From a virus: 64,000 nt of DNA. The notes under the pieces are model-generated. The model was not told the DNA's origin. It searched no databases and worked only from the letters and a program-made list of their open reading frames with translations. Positions 9,488-18,272 of the stretch are shown in pieces (positions within the stretch are counted from its first letter, which is position 1; the number at the start of each line of letters is the position of its first letter). A program made the position numbers and the translations under genes. Where the stretch lies: IMG/VR virus record IMGVR_UViG_3300023223_001361, positions 1-64,000 of that record. The stretch is one strand, 5' to 3'.

Positions 9488-12400
9488 ATGGCAATTACGA
9501 CAATTACATCGCCCATTCTTGGGGTTGATAACGAAATTCTTGAGCTATTATTAGCAGGGATTGGTCTGACTGTTCTTGAAATTCGACCATTTCATATAGT
9601 TGGCATAACTCCAATTTCTACAGAAGTTGATCTAGACGGAACAATCATTCCGCCACTTCTTACCAATGCTCAAACCATCATCGATAATCATATTACATTT
9701 AAAGATTCTAATGTTCGTTTATTTGGTCGAGATCAAGTAGTAATTGCAACAGTTAATATTGGTAATATCCTTTTAAGTATTGATGGTACTAATACTTGGG
9801 AAGTAGATGTTAATGGTGATTTGTTACCTGCTGGAACTAGAAATTTTGGTAGTGCTTCTCGACCAATAAATCAAATTTATGCAAATGAGATTATTGGTGG
9901 TGCTCCAAGTATTACTCTTGCAAATGATACTTATTTAGAAAGTCGGAATTTTACCGATTCTGCTGATCTTGGATTAGTTAAAGGGAATACTTCTGATAAT
10001 ACTGAAGTTAACACAATAGCAGATGGGGATTTACTTTTTACTGAAGATGGGACTCTTATTGGTCGTTTTACTCAAACGGTTGATGGATATTCATTAGAAA
10101 TTGTTTCCGAAGCCTCAACTGATATTCTTCCTCTTTCTGGTAATGCTGTAGTTATTCCTGATACTGCTGGTAATAGAAGTTCAGTTCGATTTGTAAATGA
10201 TAGTGGTGGAAATCTTGGTGGTATTGTAGGTGAAGTTGAAACTGTTGGTGGAGATGGAACAAGTGTTGGGAGTTTGCAAGCTGTTATTGTAAATGCCGCA
10301 GTAGATACACCAGTTCAAACTTGGTTACATAACAATATTGATTTTTCCCCCGGTGGATTAAGCCGATGGTCTGTTGATTCGGGTGGTCAGTTTATTCAAA
10401 ATGCAACTAACGGCGGAGATATTGTATTTCAAAATTCTGCAACTGGATTAGATACAACTGCAATCGATTTAGAATTTCGTGTTGGTGGAATACTTTCTTG
10501 GTTAATGGCTAACACAGGAAACGATTTGGTTGCAAAGGTTGATGGTCTTGCTATTCGGCAAGATGCAACAGATAAACATCTTTATATTTCTGGTGGTTCT
10601 GGAATAGTCACAACTGGAGGCGCATTAATTGCCCTTTATGGTAATACACATGCTAATACTGGAAGATTAGATATTGCTGCTGGTAATGCTGGTATTATTC
10701 AATTTATTACAAATGGATCGAATGTCTGGCAAATTGCAAATGATGGCGCCTTACAATCAAATTCAAATGATCTTGTTTTTACTACAGCAGATGGATTAAT
10801 TAGAACTGATAGTGTTGATGCTACAGATACAAGAAGACTTTCAATTACTTCTGCTTCCGCAGCATCATCTACTCGTGGTGCATTTATTAATCTTCATGGT
10901 AATGAACATGTTTCAAGTGCTGGTGAATTAATTCTTGAAGCTGGGAATGTAGCCGGTGGTTTAATTCGTTTTAATACTGGTGGTGTTACGAATTGGAGAC
11001 TCGAAAATAATGGGAATTTAGTAGGTCTTAATACAGCAACAATTATTCGAACTAACGCAGATACGAAATCAATTTTTATATCTGGTGGTAGTTCAGCAGG
11101 AGTTGCCGATAGTGCTATTCTTGCTGCATATGGAAATACCCATGCAACTTTTCCAGGTCAACTCCATTTAACATCCAGTACTGATGGTACTGGTGGGATT
11201 CTTTTAACAACGACTTCTGCGCCAATTAAATTTATCCCAAATGGAGTTGAAGCTTGGCATATAGAATCTGATGGAGATGTAATTCCACAAACCACTAATA
11301 ATTATAATGTTGGTGCTTCAGGGAATTTGGTTGCAACTGTTTTTTCAAGAATTTTTCAGACAGAAAATGGAGCAAGAATTGGAAAATATGAAGCTGGGGC
11401 TTCTTCTGTAGATTTAGGAACAACGTCTAGTCATGATTTAAATTTTATCTCGAATGATTTAGCTAGATGGCAATTAGATTCTTCAAGTGGGAATTTAGTT
11501 TCTCTTGCAACTAATGGCGGCGATATTGTTTTTTCTGATAATCTGCGTGGCATTCTTCAAGGAACTTCTGATGCTGCTGATGATAATTCATTAGAGTTTT
11601 CTGGCGGTGGGGCTTTTCGTTCTGTAACGAGAGGTGCATATCTTAGTTTACATGGTAATGAACATGGAACTCGACCAGGTCATTTAAATCTTCGAGCCGC
11701 TGGATCCAGCGGCATCATTACTCTTGGGAATAATACACTAGATGCAGCATGGACTCTTGATGCTTCAAGTCATTTATTTCCTGGAACTAATGGAAACCAA
11801 GATATTGGAAAAAATACCAATCATGTAAGAACTTTATATGTTGATTCGATTGTTGGTACAAGTTTTGGTGTTACGTCAAATAATATTTGGATACAATGGC
11901 GTAATGCTGCTGATGATGCAGATATTAATGTTCTTCAAGTAGATTCAACTGATGATACGAATCTTCGATCTGACACAAGTAATGATATTAATCTTCTTCC
12001 TGGTGGAACTGAAAGATGGATATTTGAAGGTGGTTCAGATCCAGTATTAATTTATACAAATGGTAGTGGAATTATTCGAGCTTCTACTGCTGATGCATCA
12101 GATAATGCAAATATTAGTATTGCTGGCGGCGGCGGCAATTCTCATACTAGAGGGGCAATACTTACTTTATATGGTAATGAAGATAATTCCCAATCAGTAC
12201 CAGGATGGCTAGTTTGTGATACCGGTGATGCGGCAAACGCGAATATGTTATGGAGACTCCGCGGAACAACTGGAGGTTTCCAATGGCATACTGACGGTGC
12301 CACTGGCGCAGAAGGTTGGAGAATTGATGGATCAACAAATGAATTTAAACCATTAGCTGATGGTACTCATGATATCGGAACTACTTCAGCTCATGTTCAA

Positions 12401-12925
12401 GAAGTTTTTGCTCATCAGATTGCCAGAAGCGGCGGAATTTTTACAGTAGGAACTTTAACGAGTCATGATTTACAGTTTCTAATTAATAACACTCTTCGAT
12501 GGCAAATAACAAGTTCTGGACAGACAGAATTAAAATCACATGATAATTTTACCGGTTCTGGACATTTTACTTTAACAGATGCGATTCAAACAACTGATGC
12601 AACTGTAACAACGATGACCGATGTTGCTGTTCCAGACAATACAGTAATGGCATTTGAAATTATAATTGTAGCTAGGTTTGAAAACCTTTTAACAGATAAA
12701 AGTTATTGGTATAAAACAACAGGCGCAGTAAGAAGAAATAATGGTGGATCAGCCGTTATTGTCGGAACTCCATTAGAAATTGAGGATGATGAAGGTATTC
12801 CAGGTTATATTGCTAGTGTTGGAGTCAGTGGAAATAATTTAAGAATTTCAGTAACAGGAGCTTCCTCAGAAGATGTTAATTGGGGATCAACAATAAAATA
12901 TCAAGGAATATCACTTTCAGCATAA
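9488..12925 (+). CDS. Long tail fibre protein with internal repeats
   Basis: 1145 aa, Gly/Thr/Asn/Ser-rich; five GA.I.LYGN.H repeats and repeated F...G...W.I...G.L motifs. Confidence 0.75.
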   Translation: MAITTITSPILGVDNEILELLLAGIGLTVLEIRPFHIVGITPISTEVDLDGTIIPPLLTNAQTIIDNHITFKDSNVRLFGRDQVVIATVNIGNILLSIDGTNTWEVDVNGDLLPAGTRNFGSASRPINQIYANEIIGGAPSITLANDTYLESRNFTDSADLGLVKGNTSDNTEVNTIADGDLLFTEDGTLIGRFTQTVDGYSLEIVSEASTDILPLSGNAVVIPDTAGNRSSVRFVNDSGGNLGGIVGEVETVGGDGTSVGSLQAVIVNAAVDTPVQTWLHNNIDFSPGGLSRWSVDSGGQFIQNATNGGDIVFQNSATGLDTTAIDLEFRVGGILSWLMANTGNDLVAKVDGLAIRQDATDKHLYISGGSGIVTTGGALIALYGNTHANTGRLDIAAGNAGIIQFITNGSNVWQIANDGALQSNSNDLVFTTADGLIRTDSVDATDTRRLSITSASAASSTRGAFINLHGNEHVSSAGELILEAGNVAGGLIRFNTGGVTNWRLENNGNLVGLNTATIIRTNADTKSIFISGGSSAGVADSAILAAYGNTHATFPGQLHLTSSTDGTGGILLTTTSAPIKFIPNGVEAWHIESDGDVIPQTTNNYNVGASGNLVATVFSRIFQTENGARIGKYEAGASSVDLGTTSSHDLNFISNDLARWQLDSSSGNLVSLATNGGDIVFSDNLRGILQGTSDAADDNSLEFSGGGAFRSVTRGAYLSLHGNEHGTRPGHLNLRAAGSSGIITLGNNTLDAAWTLDASSHLFPGTNGNQDIGKNTNHVRTLYVDSIVGTSFGVTSNNIWIQWRNAADDADINVLQVDSTDDTNLRSDTSNDINLLPGGTERWIFEGGSDPVLIYTNGSGIIRASTADASDNANISIAGGGGNSHTRGAILTLYGNEDNSQSVPGWLVCDTGDAANANMLWRLRGTTGGFQWHTDGATGAEGWRIDGSTNEFKPLADGTHDIGTTSAHVQEVFAHQIARSGGIFTVGTLTSHDLQFLINNTLRWQITSSGQTELKSHDNFTGSGHFTLTDAIQTTDATVTTMTDVAVPDNTVMAFEIIIVARFENLLTDKSYWYKTTGAVRRNNGGSAVIVGTPLEIEDDEGIPGYIASVGVSGNNLRISVTGASSEDVNWGSTIKYQGISLSA

Positions 12926-12936
12926 AGAGATCAATT

Positions 12937-13194
12937 ATGGCAAGAATTAGAGGTGCCGATGAGGTATTTCAAGTAGATACATATGTTATTCGAGAAATCC
13001 CTTCTGGAACTATTAATGGAGCCAATACCGATTTCACCTTAGCAAATACTCCACAATCCAATACGGAAACGATAATGTTGAATGGGATGGTATTAAATGT
13101 TACAGATGATTATACAATTCTAGGCGATACGATAACATTTATTAATGCACCAATTTCTGGGGATAGAATATTAGTTACTTATTTAAAGCAATAA
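12937..13194 (+). CDS. Small virion protein (single beta-sandwich domain)
   Basis: ATG 12937 follows the upstream stop; EIPSGTINGANTDFTLANTP...DYTI...ITF..AP matches the C-terminus of the next gene. Confidence 0.7.
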   Translation: MARIRGADEVFQVDTYVIREIPSGTINGANTDFTLANTPQSNTETIMLNGMVLNVTDDYTILGDTITFINAPISGDRILVTYLKQ

Positions 13195-13198
13195 TTTG

Positions 13199-13206
13199 TA
13201 TAAATA
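13199..13206 (+). promoter_or_regulatory. T4-type late promoter TATAAATA
   Basis: Exact T4 late consensus in an intergenic gap. Confidence 0.7.
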
Positions 13207-13240
13207 TAAGAGATTAATTCAATTAATAAGGGGAAAATAA

Positions 13241-14581
13241 ATGGCAGTCACAAAAATTCGTGGTAATGTACAAATTCAAGATGGTACTGTTGATAATGCT
13301 CAAATTGGTGCATCTGCTGCTATTGCAACTAGTAAATTAGCCGACGCTGCTGAATTTTTACAACGTGATGGTTCTATTGCTTTAACGGGGGATTTAAGTG
13401 CTGGCTCAAATAAGATTACAAATCTTGCAGCTCCGACTAGTGATAATGATGCCGCTCGGAAAGTTGATGTTGATCTAGCAACTGCTGGTCTTGATGTAAA
13501 AGATAGTGTCCGTCTCGCTTCAACAGCTAATGTTGTAATTGCAAGTGCTTTAGAATCAGGAGATACTATTGATGGAGTCGTTCTTGCTGAAGGAGATAGA
13601 GTATTACTCAAAGATCAAAGTTCTGGAGATGAAAATGGTATTTATGTTGCAGTTGCCGCTGCCGCTGGAGCCGCTTCTCGTTCAACAGATGCGGATACAG
13701 ATGCTAAAGTAAATGCAAATATGTTTATGTTTGTTGAGGAAGGATCCGCAAATGCTGATACAGCATGGGTTTTAACTACAAATGAGCCAATTGTTTTAGA
13801 TACAACTGTTTTAGTGTTTACTCAATTTGCTGGCAATGGCGCTGGAGCTGTGAATAGCGCTTCCAATGTTAATGTTGGAGGTGTTGGTGTATTCAAACAA
13901 CTTAACGCTTCTGATTTAGAATTTCGTGGTATTAATACCTCTGATTCTATTATTACTGTTACTCTTGATGCTGCTAATAATGAGATTGATCTTGCTATTG
14001 CTTCTGATTCTATCACTAATACTGAAATTAATTCTTCTGCGGCAATTGCTCGTTCGAAGCTTGCTAGTGGAACTCTTAATCATGTTTTGATTAATGATGG
14101 TTCTGGAGTAATGAGTTCTGAAGCAACTCTTGCTGTCAGTCGTGGTGGTACAAATGCTGGAACGGCTTTGAATAATAACCGTGTTTTGCAAAGTTCTGGT
14201 GATGCTATTGTCGAAGCTGCGGCAATTACTGGAAGTCGTGCTTTAGAGTCAGATTCAAACGGAATTCCGGTTGCTTCTGCTGTAACAGCTACAGAGTTGG
14301 GTCATCTTGATGGTGTAACTTCTGCTCTACAAACTCAGTTGGATGCTAAAATGGCTGAAGCTGATTTTGTTGATAAGGAAGTTCCTTCAGGATTAATTAA
14401 TGGGGCGAATACTACTTATACCCTTGCGAATACTCCTATTGCTGGAAGTGATCATGTTTATCTTAATGGTATTCTCCAACAAGAAGGTGCTGGAAATGAC
14501 TATACTATTTCTGGTTTAACTATTACTTACTTGGCTGCACCACAAACGAATGACAAACTTATTGTAACTTATAGAAAATAA
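13241..14581 (+). CDS. Virion fibre/decoration protein
   Basis: KITNLAAPT..NDAA, GLDVKDSVRLASTAN..IDGV.L..GDRVLLKDQ...ENGIYV and VTATELGHLDGVTSALQTQLDAK motifs typical of phage fibre proteins. Confidence 0.75.
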   Translation: MAVTKIRGNVQIQDGTVDNAQIGASAAIATSKLADAAEFLQRDGSIALTGDLSAGSNKITNLAAPTSDNDAARKVDVDLATAGLDVKDSVRLASTANVVIASALESGDTIDGVVLAEGDRVLLKDQSSGDENGIYVAVAAAAGAASRSTDADTDAKVNANMFMFVEEGSANADTAWVLTTNEPIVLDTTVLVFTQFAGNGAGAVNSASNVNVGGVGVFKQLNASDLEFRGINTSDSIITVTLDAANNEIDLAIASDSITNTEINSSAAIARSKLASGTLNHVLINDGSGVMSSEATLAVSRGGTNAGTALNNNRVLQSSGDAIVEAAAITGSRALESDSNGIPVASAVTATELGHLDGVTSALQTQLDAKMAEADFVDKEVPSGLINGANTTYTLANTPIAGSDHVYLNGILQQEGAGNDYTISGLTITYLAAPQTNDKLIVTYRK

Positions 14582-14618
14582 TTTCAGAATGTGAATAACA
14601 GCTTAATTGGAGAATAGA

Positions 14619-14843
14619 ATGTCTGATGTAATTACAACGGTTGATAATAGTTACGACACAGAATTGGATAATGCTTTTTTAGAGTTCTTTGATAATCCTG
14701 ATGGTTTAACTGGTCGTCAACTTCTCAAATTACATGTTGATAACTTCCTTATGGATTGCCTAAATCGTTATAGGAAGAAGTCTGCTATAGACTCTGCTGT
14801 TTCTGGTGTCATTAAAGCAACTGATCTTTCTGTAGCAGAATAA
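14619..14843 (+). CDS. Hypothetical protein
   Basis: GGAG RBS before ATG 14619. Confidence 0.6.
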   Translation: MSDVITTVDNSYDTELDNAFLEFFDNPDGLTGRQLLKLHVDNFLMDCLNRYRKKSAIDSAVSGVIKATDLSVAE

Positions 14844-14912
14844 ATATTGATTTATTTGTGATCATATATAACTATGTGTGTTTTTAATACCTTAAAATAA
14901 TGGAGACTTATT

Positions 14913-15260
14913 ATGTCTATTGAATTTAATGTTGATGTAGATGTGGATGAATTGAAACTGAATCCTATGGAAAAAAGAATTGTTGAAGCTCAAGGTGTAA
15001 CTACTGTATTTGAAGGTCTTTTAACTGGACTTCTTCAGCAAAAAAATCCTGAAGGTTTGAAAGGTCAGGATCGTAAAATCTTTAATCGTATTTTGAATAA
15101 GCTTGATGCAACAGAGAATGCTTCAATTGAACTTGAATGTGCTGAAGTGGATTTGTTAAAATCCGTATTTAATGATGAAACTCCTGTTCCTCCACAATCG
15201 GTCCGAGTATTCAGTGTATTTGAAAGTAGGGTTGAACAAGCGGTAAAAGAAGTAAAGTAA
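14913..15260 (+). CDS. Hypothetical protein, possible tail-fibre assembly chaperone
   Basis: GGAG RBS; acidic helical protein with a SIELE..E.DLLK pattern, lying among fibre genes. Confidence 0.55.
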   Translation: MSIEFNVDVDVDELKLNPMEKRIVEAQGVTTVFEGLLTGLLQQKNPEGLKGQDRKIFNRILNKLDATENASIELECAEVDLLKSVFNDETPVPPQSVRVFSVFESRVEQAVKEVK

Positions 15261-15265
15261 AATAA

Positions 15266-15694
15266 ATGGGTTTAACAAAAACAGATGCAAGCGTTGTTGA
15301 TCTTCAATGGCAAACTGATTGGGTGCCATTTTTTGGCGCACTTGGAGGTATGACAGTAATTAATTCTGTTATTCAATATGCAAAATATAATATTATTGGT
15401 AATGTTTTAGATTTTAGTCTTGTTGCATCTATGGAAACCGTTGGACCTGCTTCGGATACGATCACATTCACATTACCTAACACTCAAATTTTCACGTTAC
15501 CCCTTTCCAATGCTGTTGATTCTCCTGGTGATATTTCTATTTCAGAAGATAATGGTGTTACCTGGATTGGAGGTTCCGCTCGTCTGCAAAATACTTTAAT
15601 GGAAATTGGGATATTTGATAGTTCAAATTTTGCTATTACTACAGATATTTTGATCAGTTGTTCTTCCAAATACGAAATTGAACCTCCATCTTAA
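15266..15694 (+). CDS. Stand-alone putative receptor-binding/head-like beta domain
   Basis: LQWQTDWVP.F....GM.V.N..I..AKY...G aligns with LTWKTDWVPSF...DGMIINN.II.HAKY..QG of 7723..8667. Confidence 0.6.
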   Translation: MGLTKTDASVVDLQWQTDWVPFFGALGGMTVINSVIQYAKYNIIGNVLDFSLVASMETVGPASDTITFTLPNTQIFTLPLSNAVDSPGDISISEDNGVTWIGGSARLQNTLMEIGIFDSSNFAITTDILISCSSKYEIEPPS

Positions 15695-15702
15695 GAGATA
15701 TT

Positions 15703-15867
15703 ATGACTGAATTGAAAATTGAAAAGATAAATAAAGCTAGTGGTGAACTCAAACAGAATTTAAAAGTTCTTGATATAGAACTGGAAAATTGTATAGAAAC
15801 CCATAAGAATGGTAATGGTAAAAAGCTTTGTAATGGTGAGGGTCAGAAACATGATCATACGGAGTAA
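15703..15867 (+). CDS. Small hypothetical protein (54 aa, not in the ORF track)
   Basis: MTELKIEKINKASGELKQNLKVLDIELENCIETHK...HDHTE fills the gap between neighbouring genes. Confidence 0.5.
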   Translation: MTELKIEKINKASGELKQNLKVLDIELENCIETHKNGNGKKLCNGEGQKHDHTE

Positions 15868-15869
15868 TA

Positions 15870-16286
15870 ATGTCAGACGACAACGAAAAGGATTCCAAAC
15901 CATTAAACGATTTGATGGGTGCTTTGGAATCGACCACATCATTAATACAAACACTTCTGCTAGACTTGAGAGCAAATTCTACTGCTTTAGGTTCTCTCGA
16001 AACTCAAGTCGATAGTATCCAAAAAGATTTAGATGAAATAGATTCTCTAGTTCGCGGTGGTGATATGCCATTGTTAACTAAGTTTGCTTTGGTTGCAAAG
16101 GATATCGAAAATATTCAAGAGCAATTGAGTGATTTATTGAAAAAATTAGAGAAAGAAGAAGTTAAACTAGATGATGCAAATAAGAAATCAAATAAGATTC
16201 AGTGGCGTATTATAGGTACTGTCATCACTGGTTTGCTAGGGATTATAGCTAGTATGGTAACATATTTTTTATCACAAGGAAACTAA
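15870..16286 (+). CDS. Coiled-coil protein with C-terminal transmembrane helix (possible holin/membrane-anchored protein)
   Basis: GGAG RBS; heptad-rich body followed by hydrophobic IIGTVITGLLGIIASMVTYFL. Confidence 0.6.
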   Translation: MSDDNEKDSKPLNDLMGALESTTSLIQTLLLDLRANSTALGSLETQVDSIQKDLDEIDSLVRGGDMPLLTKFALVAKDIENIQEQLSDLLKKLEKEEVKLDDANKKSNKIQWRIIGTVITGLLGIIASMVTYFLSQGN

Positions 16287-16289
16287 ACA

Positions 16290-17309
16290 ATGTCTTTACC
16301 AACCTGTAGAGAAGAATTGAAATATTGGGCTTTGCGAAAACTTGGTTATCCTGTTCTTAAGATCAATGTTGATGATGAACAATTAGAGGATCGTTTGTGT
16401 GAGGCATTAGATTATTTCCACCAGTTCCATGGTGATGGAACAGAAAAACTTTTTCTAAGACATAAAGTAACAGCATCTAGTTTAACTTTTGATGCCGCTT
16501 TAGTTGGTAAAATTCCTTCAGGTGGTAAAATAACTGGCCAAACGAGCGGAGCAGAAGGATTTGTTATTGATCAAGCTGATGATGATTTATCTTTGAGATT
16601 TCAATATAAGGATGGATTGCTTGTAGAAGATACAACTACTATTACAACTGTTCAGTTTGAAGAAGGTGAAGTAATTGAAAATGATGGTGCAACTATTACC
16701 GGAACCATTTCTGCCGGCGGTTATATTGTTGGAGACTTAGATAATCGTTTCATAACAGTTCCAGAAGATATTATAGCTGTAACGAATATATTTCCAGTTG
16801 GAAGTAGTATTTCTGGAGATGCTCATATCTTTGATGTTAGATATCAATTTGCTTTAAATAATATTCATGACTTAGTTAGTAGTCGGAGCGGTTTTGGATC
16901 AACACTTGTTGACTATACAAATACTTTACGTCATTTTGAATTACTAGAACAACTTTTTATTGGTTTTAAACCTCTTCGATTTAATAGATTGCAACAAAGA
17001 ATTTATATTGATTTTGATTGGGATGTGGATGCTATTGTTGATAGCTTTTTGGTATTTGAGGTTTATGCTGCTTTAGATGTCGATTCATTTACTAAAACTT
17101 TTGGTGATATTTGGCTTAGAAAATATACCACAGCTCTTTTTAAATGTCAATGGGGAGCTAACTTAATTAAATTTGGAGGTATGCAACTTCCAGGTGGAAT
17201 TGTCTTTAATGGTCAAACAATTTACGACCAAGCAATTCAAGAAATAAAAGATCTTGAAGAAGAAATAGAAAAGAAATGGCAATTGCCTGTAGATTTTATT
17301 GTAGGATAA
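16290..17309 (+). CDS. 13: Neck protein gp13
   Basis: REELKYWALRKLGYPVLKINVDDEQLEDR, QWGANLIKF.GMQLPGG..FNG motifs; synteny. Confidence 0.92.
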   Translation: MSLPTCREELKYWALRKLGYPVLKINVDDEQLEDRLCEALDYFHQFHGDGTEKLFLRHKVTASSLTFDAALVGKIPSGGKITGQTSGAEGFVIDQADDDLSLRFQYKDGLLVEDTTTITTVQFEEGEVIENDGATITGTISAGGYIVGDLDNRFITVPEDIIAVTNIFPVGSSISGDAHIFDVRYQFALNNIHDLVSSRSGFGSTLVDYTNTLRHFELLEQLFIGFKPLRFNRLQQRIYIDFDWDVDAIVDSFLVFEVYAALDVDSFTKTFGDIWLRKYTTALFKCQWGANLIKFGGMQLPGGIVFNGQTIYDQAIQEIKDLEEEIEKKWQLPVDFIVG

Positions 17310-17316
17310 TCATGTT

Positions 17317-18198
17317 ATGGCGAAGAATCCATATTTCGAAAATCTATCATGCGAAAATGAACAAGAATTATTAGAATGTCTTAATATCGAAGCTATTGAG
17401 ATATTTGGTTTCGAGTTCATTTATCTTCCTAGAGAATTTGTCAAAGAAGATATGTTATTTGGTGAAGATGTTCTTTCTAAATTCACAGAAGCATTCAAAA
17501 TAGAAGCATATATTGAAAACGTAGATGGCTTTGAGGGTGATGGTGATATACTTTCAAAGTTTGGTCTAGAGATTCGTGATGCTGCAACTATTGTTATTTC
17601 TCAAAAGAGATGGGATGAAGTTCTTTGTAAGTTTCCTAATATAACGAGAACTCGACCGAAGGAAGGAGACTTAATTTTCTTTCCCTTGAATAATAAAATG
17701 TTTGAAATTATGTTTGTTGAGCATGAAGATCCTTTTTATCAGTTGGGTAAGACATATGTTTACAAAGTGAAGATCGAAATGTTTGAGCATAGTGATGAAG
17801 ATATTGATACAGGTGCTCCAGATATTGATGCGGTTGATGATGTTAATTCTTATCAAATTGGAGTTGAACTTGGAGCCGGAGTTGGAAATTATGAAGTTGA
17901 GGAGAGTGTTTTTCAGGGTATTGATTTAGTTAATGGAACATTTACTGGAGAGGTTATTTCTTGGGATCCAACCGCTTTACCTAATCCTTTACTTATTCTA
18001 AAGAATATTACAGGTGTAGCAAATTTGACTGATCAGTTAGTTGGTGAAACTTCTGCTGCAAGTTATGCACTTGCTAATGCTCCAGACACACAAGAAAATC
18101 TTGGAGATCCTTTTCAAGATAATGTAATTATAGAAGTTGAAGCTGATGGTATTTTTGATTTTACTGAGATTGATCCATTTTCTGAGGGTGATTTCTAA
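17317..18198 (+). CDS. 14: Neck/head-closure protein gp14
   Basis: NPYF, EAIEIFG..YLPRE, LSKFGLEIRD, RPKEGDLIFFP, EHEDPFYQLGK motifs. Confidence 0.93.
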   Translation: MAKNPYFENLSCENEQELLECLNIEAIEIFGFEFIYLPREFVKEDMLFGEDVLSKFTEAFKIEAYIENVDGFEGDGDILSKFGLEIRDAATIVISQKRWDEVLCKFPNITRTRPKEGDLIFFPLNNKMFEIMFVEHEDPFYQLGKTYVYKVKIEMFEHSDEDIDTGAPDIDAVDDVNSYQIGVELGAGVGNYEVEESVFQGIDLVNGTFTGEVISWDPTALPNPLLILKNITGVANLTDQLVGETSAASYALANAPDTQENLGDPFQDNVIIEVEADGIFDFTEIDPFSEGDF

Positions 18199-18260
18199 TG
18201 AAAAGTTTTGAAGAATTTAACGAAGAAGAATTAATAACTATTTCTGGGTTGGATCAATAG
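18198..18260 (+). CDS. Putative 20-aa peptide MKSFEEFNEEELITISGLDQ
   Basis: TAATG-coupled to gp14; N-terminus resembles T4 internal-protein capsid-targeting sequences. Confidence 0.35.
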   Translation: MKSFEEFNEEELITISGLDQ

Positions 18261-18272
18261 AGGAAGAATTAG

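Noticed and set aside
14607-14621. 15-mer TTGGAGAATAGAATG repeated at 50024..50038
   Set aside because: It consists of SD, spacer and ATG; convergence of translation-initiation signals explains it, and there are only two copies.
5145-15694. Diversity-generating retroelement or invertible tail-fibre cassette
   Set aside because: No reverse transcriptase or invertase in the window, and I saw no near-identical template/variable repeat pair or inverted crossover sites.
18258-18272. Read-through of two in-frame TAGs fusing the micropeptide to gp15
   Set aside because: It would need double suppression; gp15 has its own GAGG RBS and a normal N-terminus.
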